Below are positions 58,636-64,000 of a DNA stretch of 64,000 nt, piece after piece. The stretch is from contig CAYZNW010000003.1 of NCBI GenBank assembly GCA_964480345.1, forward strand, positions 45,493 through 109,492, given 5' to 3'. A program made the translations under genes and the position numbers. The notes beneath the pieces were generated by a model, which ran no database searches, had not been told where the DNA came from, and saw only the letters and a list, made by a program, of their open reading frames with translations. This stretch comes from an uncultured Candidatus Saccharibacteria bacterium (lineage in GTDB: Bacteria; Patescibacteriota; Dojkabacteria; SC72). Every line of letters begins with the position of its first letter. Position 1 is the first letter of the stretch.

Positions 58636-61356
58636 TTATGTTATCCAACTCTCTTTTATTACAATATTCTCTCCAGACTTAATCTCCTGCTCTATTATTC
58701 CTTTTGCAATCTGGCCTTCTATCTTATCCTGTATATATCTTCTCATAGGTCTTGCTCCAAATCCTGGTTCATTTGATTTATTAGCTATGAGCATAGGTAT
58801 CTGTTCTGACCATGTTACAGTAATACCTTTCTCCAAAAGCCTTTTCGCTAAATCAGTGAGTAACAAGTTAGCAATCTGAGCAAGATTATTTAACTCATGT
58901 GGAGCAAATACAATTATCTTATCAAACCTATTTAAAAGCTCAGGTTTAACAGATTGTCTAAGTTCCAGTAAAGCTCTGTCTTTAGCCTCATCCCAAAGAA
59001 CATTCTTTTGATCAAGAGAATCAAGAAGAATCTTACTTCCAATATTACTGGTACAAATAATAATTGCATTTGTGAAATCTACAGTTTCTCCATGAGCGCT
59101 TGTCAAAATTCCATCATCAAAAATCTGTAAGAATAGATCTAGAATCTTAGGATTCGCTTTCTCTATCTCATCAAACAAAACTACAGAGTGAGGATTACTC
59201 TTTATCCTATCAATCAACGATATAGATGCTTGTCCCAAAATACTACTTCCGTCAGAACTACCCAAGAATTTATCAATACTAGATATATCCTGATACTCTG
59301 ACATATCTACTCTAATCATATTATCCTTCGCTGCAAAGAACTCTTCAGCTACAACCTTTGCAACATGAGTCTTACCCACCCCAGTTGGTCCCATAAATAG
59401 AAAGGTGCCAATTGGTTTATTCGGATTTCGTATATCAGTTCTTGCTCTTCTTAAAGCCTCAGCTATTGCTGTAACTGCATCATCTTGGCCTACAACTTTA
59501 CTCCTAATATTCTCCTCTAACTTCATTAACCTATTACTCTCCTCCTGATCTATAGCTGTAATATTTATATTCTTCTGTATAGAGACAGCCTTTGAAACAT
59601 GCTCTGCTGTAATCTTCTCAATACCATTACTCTGAGCCCAAGCACAAGTAGCCTCTATAGTTTGAACTGCACTACTAGGCAACTTCCTATCCTTAATATA
59701 TCTTTGAGAAACATCTACTGCCGCAGCCAAAGCAGGAAAAGTTAAAAAGCAATTAAAATTCTTTTCCAAAACAGGCACCTTACTCTCCAAAATCTTCATA
59801 GCATCATTGGCAGATATCTCCTTAATCTCTATATTTGTAAAACTTTGCCGCAAAGACTCATTACTGTAGAAATATTTTTTGTAATCAGCATAATTGATAC
59901 TACCGATAATTGGGAACTTGCTGTTTAAAACATATGGAAGCAAAATACCTGCTAGATTGTATCCTGTATTCCCTTCCTTACTAGGTACTAACTGTTGAAT
60001 CTCATCAATATACAAAATCGTATTACCTGCCTTCTCCAATTCGTTCATAGTTTTAATAACTAACTCTTCAATATTTGAATACTTCTGAGATGTAGCAACT
60101 AAATTATTCAAATCAAGCTGAATAATCCTCTTGTCTTTTAATTGAGCAGGAACATCAGCATAGTTAATCCTCTGAGCCAAACCAAGGATAATACTCGATT
60201 TACCTACCCCTGGCTCACCTATTAACAAAGCATTCTTGTTAGACAGTTTACCTAATACAGAGACTATTGCATCTACCTCCTCATCATGACCTATTCCAAA
60301 AATATCAGGAGATTCTGCCACCTCCTTATTTATCTCTTTACTAAAATGACTAAGTATGAAAGTATAGCCATAAATCCATTGATTCCCTATACCACCTTTC
60401 CTAAAATACGGAATATTTGGGTTCAGATACTGCCCTCTTTTTCTTTTCCTCATCAAATCATATTCATATATACATACCTCTCTTAAAATATCTAAATTAA
60501 TATTACTTCTCTTTAGATACTTAGAAAGATCTGGCACTATTTTTGTAATCGCCAAGAATAAATGTTCTAAACCTAACTGAGGAGCTTCACTCAACACCCC
60601 CTCTTCTGCTATATATACAAACAAATCTCGCAACGAAGAAATAGAGATACTCTCCAAATCTCCAAACAGAATATTCTCATTCTGTATAACTGTAGAATCC
60701 AATACAACTCCAGCTCTTCTTAAAATCTGCTTAACCTCGTAGTTCTCATCAATTAATTCTTTGTAAATATTAAACAGATTAATTCTCCCATTCTTATGAT
60801 GAATACAAAGCTCTTCAAGTAACTCTTCATTTGCAAAAGAGATAATATTAAGATGGGCATACCTACCAAACTTAAACCCTACCCCCTTAATCTCATCTAT
60901 ATCCTTTTGTGGAATCCTTTTCACTTTTGGCATCTGCACAGGATGACTCTTGTCCTCATAGAAATCATGCCAAAGAATAATAATTGCAAAAATCGAGATA
61001 CCAAAAAGCACATTAATGAATTTAGAAGAAAGAATACTCAAAATAGTTGGATAATCTTCAAGCAAAGTAGCATATTTCAAAATAAGTCCAAACGCAATTA
61101 AAACACCAAACACAACGAAAATATCTGCTACCAGTCTCTTTATCCTATTAAAATCTCTATACCTTAGAAAATTTGCAAGTACAGACTCTATCTGCGGAGA
61201 TGACACAGAGAAAAAATGATCTCTTGTTACTAGAAAAAGAGATTCATCCTCACTATCTAACAGTGGATATTTATTCTCTATCAAAGCAAAACTGTTTTTA
61301 GTACGGTTATGCTTTCCTATTATGCTTTTTTTGATACTTCCAAATTCTATAGCCAT
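58636..61356 (-). CDS. membrane-anchored ClpA/ClpC-like double-AAA+ ATPase (two N-terminal TM helices, Clp_N-like region, D1 and D2, no M-domain)
   Basis: Walker A 'GEPGVGKSS' and 'GPTGVGKTH'; Walker B 'LYIDEIQQL' and 'VVLFDEIEKA'; sensor-2 'GARPMRRYIQ'; 'GLEHLFLAI' Clp_N-like. Confidence 0.75.
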   Translation of the reverse strand: MAIEFGSIKKSIIGKHNRTKNSFALIENKYPLLDSEDESLFLVTRDHFFSVSSPQIESVLANFLRYRDFNRIKRLVADIFVVFGVLIAFGLILKYATLLEDYPTILSILSSKFINVLFGISIFAIIILWHDFYEDKSHPVQMPKVKRIPQKDIDEIKGVGFKFGRYAHLNIISFANEELLEELCIHHKNGRINLFNIYKELIDENYEVKQILRRAGVVLDSTVIQNENILFGDLESISISSLRDLFVYIAEEGVLSEAPQLGLEHLFLAITKIVPDLSKYLKRSNINLDILREVCIYEYDLMRKRKRGQYLNPNIPYFRKGGIGNQWIYGYTFILSHFSKEINKEVAESPDIFGIGHDEEVDAIVSVLGKLSNKNALLIGEPGVGKSSIILGLAQRINYADVPAQLKDKRIIQLDLNNLVATSQKYSNIEELVIKTMNELEKAGNTILYIDEIQQLVPSKEGNTGYNLAGILLPYVLNSKFPIIGSINYADYKKYFYSNESLRQSFTNIEIKEISANDAMKILESKVPVLEKNFNCFLTFPALAAAVDVSQRYIKDRKLPSSAVQTIEATCAWAQSNGIEKITAEHVSKAVSIQKNINITAIDQEESNRLMKLEENIRSKVVGQDDAVTAIAEALRRARTDIRNPNKPIGTFLFMGPTGVGKTHVAKVVAEEFFAAKDNMIRVDMSEYQDISSIDKFLGSSDGSSILGQASISLIDRIKSNPHSVVLFDEIEKANPKILDLFLQIFDDGILTSAHGETVDFTNAIIICTSNIGSKILLDSLDQKNVLWDEAKDRALLELRQSVKPELLNRFDKIIVFAPHELNNLAQIANLLLTDLAKRLLEKGITVTWSEQIPMLIANKSNEPGFGARPMRRYIQDKIEGQIAKGIIEQEIKSGENIVIKESWIT

Positions 61357-61357
61357 A

Positions 61358-61858
61358 CTATCTAAAGATTGATATTAAAATGAAAACAATAGTGCCTATT
61401 GGGAGAACAAACCATCCTAAGATTAATAGTATTTGAAATGTGATAACAATGAGATATATGGAGATGGCGATTGGTAAATAAAGCAGTTTTATTAATATTC
61501 CAAAGAAAAAGCCAATTACGGAATAATCTCTATGCCATGGGATAAAAAAGTGTCTTAAGAGTATTGAGATAGACAGAAAATCATCTATGACAACAGAAAG
61601 CCTAGCTAGCCTTCTTAAATGCCATAACGGCATCTGAACATACCACCATTTAAGAAAATCTTGAACTGAGTATATCCAGACAGTTGTATATGTATCTATC
61701 TTGTTTTGATTTAGTAATTGTTGGCCGGAGCCATCCAATACAGTGTTTTTGGATTCCATGTTAAGGCAGTATTTAAGTACGTTTAAGTATACATAAAAGT
61801 CTTCTTGGGGTAAAGCTAGGGCGGAAAATTCATAAATATTTAAGAGGCTATGAGTCAT
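61358..61858 (-). CDS. small polytopic membrane protein
   Basis: Its stop lies 1 nt from the Clp-like start, so the two are likely co-transcribed. Confidence 0.45.
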   Translation of the reverse strand: MTHSLLNIYEFSALALPQEDFYVYLNVLKYCLNMESKNTVLDGSGQQLLNQNKIDTYTTVWIYSVQDFLKWWYVQMPLWHLRRLARLSVVIDDFLSISILLRHFFIPWHRDYSVIGFFFGILIKLLYLPIAISIYLIVITFQILLILGWFVLPIGTIVFILISIFR

Positions 61859-62034
61859 TTCCGAGAAACAAGTGAAAGAAACATCTTATTTATGGTTTGT
61901 CCACATGTCATAAATGACAATACGGTAATCCACATCACCATATATGGTTAGATATCTTCCTATATTCCACCTATAGGTTCTTAAATATTTATGAAATCAT
62001 CCTACTTTATTGCCTCTCTAAGCTATTATTTGAT

Positions 62035-62970
62035 ATGCTTAAACGTATGTTATTAAAAGTTTTGGCTCCAATGGAAGGGATTACGGACTCTGTTTTTAGA
62101 CAGATGATTTGTGATATAGGGAAACCAGATTTGTTTTTCACGGAATTTCTTAATGTGGAAGGATTTTGTTCTAAAGGACGGAAGAATGTAGAGCATCGTA
62201 TTCGTTTTGTAGATAAGGAGCGCCCTATTGTGTTCCAACTTTGGGGAAATAATCCAGATATGTATGCAGAAACTGTGAGAGAGATAATAAATTTGCGTCC
62301 AGATGGTATTGATATCAACATAGGATGCTCTGTTCATGACATTATTTCAGGTGGTCGAGGTTCTGCATTGATAAAAGACAAGCCTCTTGTGAAAGAGATT
62401 CTCTCTGCTGTACGTGATAGCTTGAAAGGTAGTAATATCTCTTTATCGGTTAAAACACGTCTTGGTTTTGATTTCGTAGATATTGATGGTTGGATTGGAT
62501 TTCTTCTTAATGAGAAGCTGGATATGATCACTGTTCATGGGCGATTGTCAAAGGATAGTTATGCTACTCCATCTAACTGGGAGTTGATAGGAAAATGTGC
62601 TGATCTACGTGATCAGATATCTCCTTCTACGAAGATTTTAGGTAATGGTGATTTAAAAGATATTATTCAGGGTGAGGAGTATTGTAGGAAATACAATCTT
62701 GATGGTTTTATGATAGGTAGAGGAATATTAAATAATCCTTGGTTGTTTTCTGGTCGAAGTGAGATTAGTAAGGAGGAACGGATTGAGACTCTTCTCAAGC
62801 ATCTGAATCTTTTTGAAGAGTTTTGGATAGACTCTAAACCGTTTCAAAGTCAAAAAAAATATGTAAAAGCATATTTAAACAATTTTGATGGAGTTAATGA
62901 ATTGAGGCAGAGTTTGTTGCTTTCAGAGAGCTTGGATGAGATGCGATTGATTCTTAAGAATAATTTGTAA
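62035..62970 (+). CDS. dus: tRNA-dihydrouridine synthase
   Basis: 'LAPMEGITDSVFRQMI' Dus motif; TIM-barrel FMN family. Confidence 0.85.
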   Translation: MLKRMLLKVLAPMEGITDSVFRQMICDIGKPDLFFTEFLNVEGFCSKGRKNVEHRIRFVDKERPIVFQLWGNNPDMYAETVREIINLRPDGIDINIGCSVHDIISGGRGSALIKDKPLVKEILSAVRDSLKGSNISLSVKTRLGFDFVDIDGWIGFLLNEKLDMITVHGRLSKDSYATPSNWELIGKCADLRDQISPSTKILGNGDLKDIIQGEEYCRKYNLDGFMIGRGILNNPWLFSGRSEISKEERIETLLKHLNLFEEFWIDSKPFQSQKKYVKAYLNNFDGVNELRQSLLLSESLDEMRLILKNNL

Positions 62971-62986
62971 AGTAAAAAAATATAGT

Positions 62987-63739
62987 ATGGAGTACAAATT
63001 GTCTTTTCTTGAGGGTTGTAAGGAGTGGGTTGTTAATGAGTTGAAAAACAGATATTCTCATATCAATATATTAAAGGAGTTCTCGGATAGTATAGAGTTT
63101 GTTTCTGAGATTGAGAATATTAATGAATTTAGAATTATTAAATCTGCACGAAATATCACAGACAGTAATGGTAAGAGTATTAATCTAGCAAAAAGAAAGT
63201 GGAGAAAAGAGTTTGTACCTGCTGGCATTGATCCTTCGTTAGCTTATATTATGTGCAGTATAGCGAATGTTAGTAACGATACTATTCTTTTTGATCCATT
63301 TTGTGGTGGAAGTACAATTGGTATTACAGCGATTAAAGATTTCTCAGCTAAGAGAGTCTTATGTTCTGATATTAGTGGTAAGGCTATAAAAAGCAGTAAG
63401 GTGAATTTCGAATTAGCTGGTATAGAGGAATCAAAATATATGCTTTTTGAAAGTGATATTTGTAAGATTAGACTGAATAAGCAGAATATAGATTTAATTA
63501 TTTCTAATCTACCTTTTGGTATTAGAGTTGGTAATCACAATGAGAATATTCGTTCATATAGCTGTTTGGAAATGGTTTCAAGGAAGGTTTTAAGAAGAAA
63601 AGGAATACTTGTTTTGTTAACTCAGGAGAAGAAATTACTAAGAGAGGTCTTTTCTAAAGAGTTTTGGAGTGTGAAAAGTGTACTTCAGGTAAATGAAGGA
63701 GGCTTACTTCCTGAGGTGTTTGTGATTAGAAGGAAGTAA
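62987..63739 (+). CDS. class I SAM-dependent RNA methyltransferase (N6-adenine/N2-guanine type; THUMP-associated RlmL/Trm11-like)
   Basis: 'FDPFCGGSTIGI' SAM motif I; 'NLPFG' (NPPY-like) motif IV. Confidence 0.6.
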   Translation: MEYKLSFLEGCKEWVVNELKNRYSHINILKEFSDSIEFVSEIENINEFRIIKSARNITDSNGKSINLAKRKWRKEFVPAGIDPSLAYIMCSIANVSNDTILFDPFCGGSTIGITAIKDFSAKRVLCSDISGKAIKSSKVNFELAGIEESKYMLFESDICKIRLNKQNIDLIISNLPFGIRVGNHNENIRSYSCLEMVSRKVLRRKGILVLLTQEKKLLREVFSKEFWSVKSVLQVNEGGLLPEVFVIRRK

Positions 63740-63823
63740 ATTTCTTAAATTTTAATGATTTTGCAATATATTTATTCCTGTTCTATATTGTACTATTATT
63801 AAATATATTAACAGTATAAATAT

Positions 63824-64000
63824 ATGAGTCTAGAATTAATTCTTGTTATATCTTTCTTAATAATCTTAATTATTGGTACTCTACTTCATTTCACTCATGA
63901 TTGGTTTAAGAAGGGTTTGTTGCTTCATCTGTTTTCTGCATTGAATGAAAGTACGTGGGAGCATATGAAATTGCTTCTTTTCCCTACTATTTTAGTTATG
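63824..64000 (+). CDS. 5' part of a membrane protein gene running off the window
   Basis: An ATG at 63824 opens a frame that stays open to the end of the window. The translation is hydrophobic. Confidence 0.3.
   Translation, partial: MSLELILVISFLIILIIGTLLHFTHDWFKKGLLLHLFSALNESTWEHMKLLLFPTILVM

Noticed and set aside
58589-58879. 96-aa + strand ORF
   Set aside because: It overlaps the 3' end of the Clp-like ATPase gene on the opposite strand and has no independent support.
1-64000. CRISPR arrays, rRNA genes, IS elements or transposases
   Set aside because: No periodic direct repeats, no rRNA-like conserved blocks and no transposase/DDE motifs were seen in any frame.

Overview
This 64 kb window is AT-rich (roughly one-third GC by eye) and uses the standard genetic code; the 2662-aa ORF is intact, so UGA is not recoded. 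The gene content points to a small-genome monoderm bacterium, most plausibly a CPR/Patescibacteria-like lineage. It has sortase, an LCP protein, an Lgt-like protein and a VanY-like peptidase, and there is no secretin. That lineage call is inference. The conserved housekeeping genes are a tRNA 3' end, rluD-like, yebC, ruvC-ruvA-ruvB, a xerC/D-like recombinase, gyrB, gyrA, a holB-like gene, rpsP-khpA, rnc-nusB, rpmF (missed by the ORF track), dus and an RNA methyltransferase. The dominant accessory feature is a ~24 kb type IV pilus locus at 32.5-56.5 kb. It runs pilB-pilT-pilC-pilin-pilD, then a divergently transcribed giant surface protein with at least 8 LamG/ConA-like modules and a Gly-rich segment, then four minor pilins (one GspK/PilX-like without Glu5), an orphan CheY-like receiver, two unknown envelope/secreted proteins, and pilM-pilN-pilO. 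Other points of interest are listed below. (1) A vanY-sortase operon ends in a 79-aa sortase substrate with a non-canonical 'LPTG' motif. (2) Two paralogous small-ORF cassettes flank yebC and share a ~60-nt leader with an extended -10 element and an 11-nt tail before a hairpin. (3) A family of GC-rich 20-nt perfect palindromes sits in two divergent intergenic regions, one of which may be a structured RNA. (4) A membrane-anchored double-AAA+ Clp-like ATPase. (5) A membrane-anchored VirD4/VirB4-like P-loop ATPase. (6) A GT-C-like 1206-aa membrane protein translationally coupled to a GT2. I found no CRISPR array, rRNA gene or transposase.
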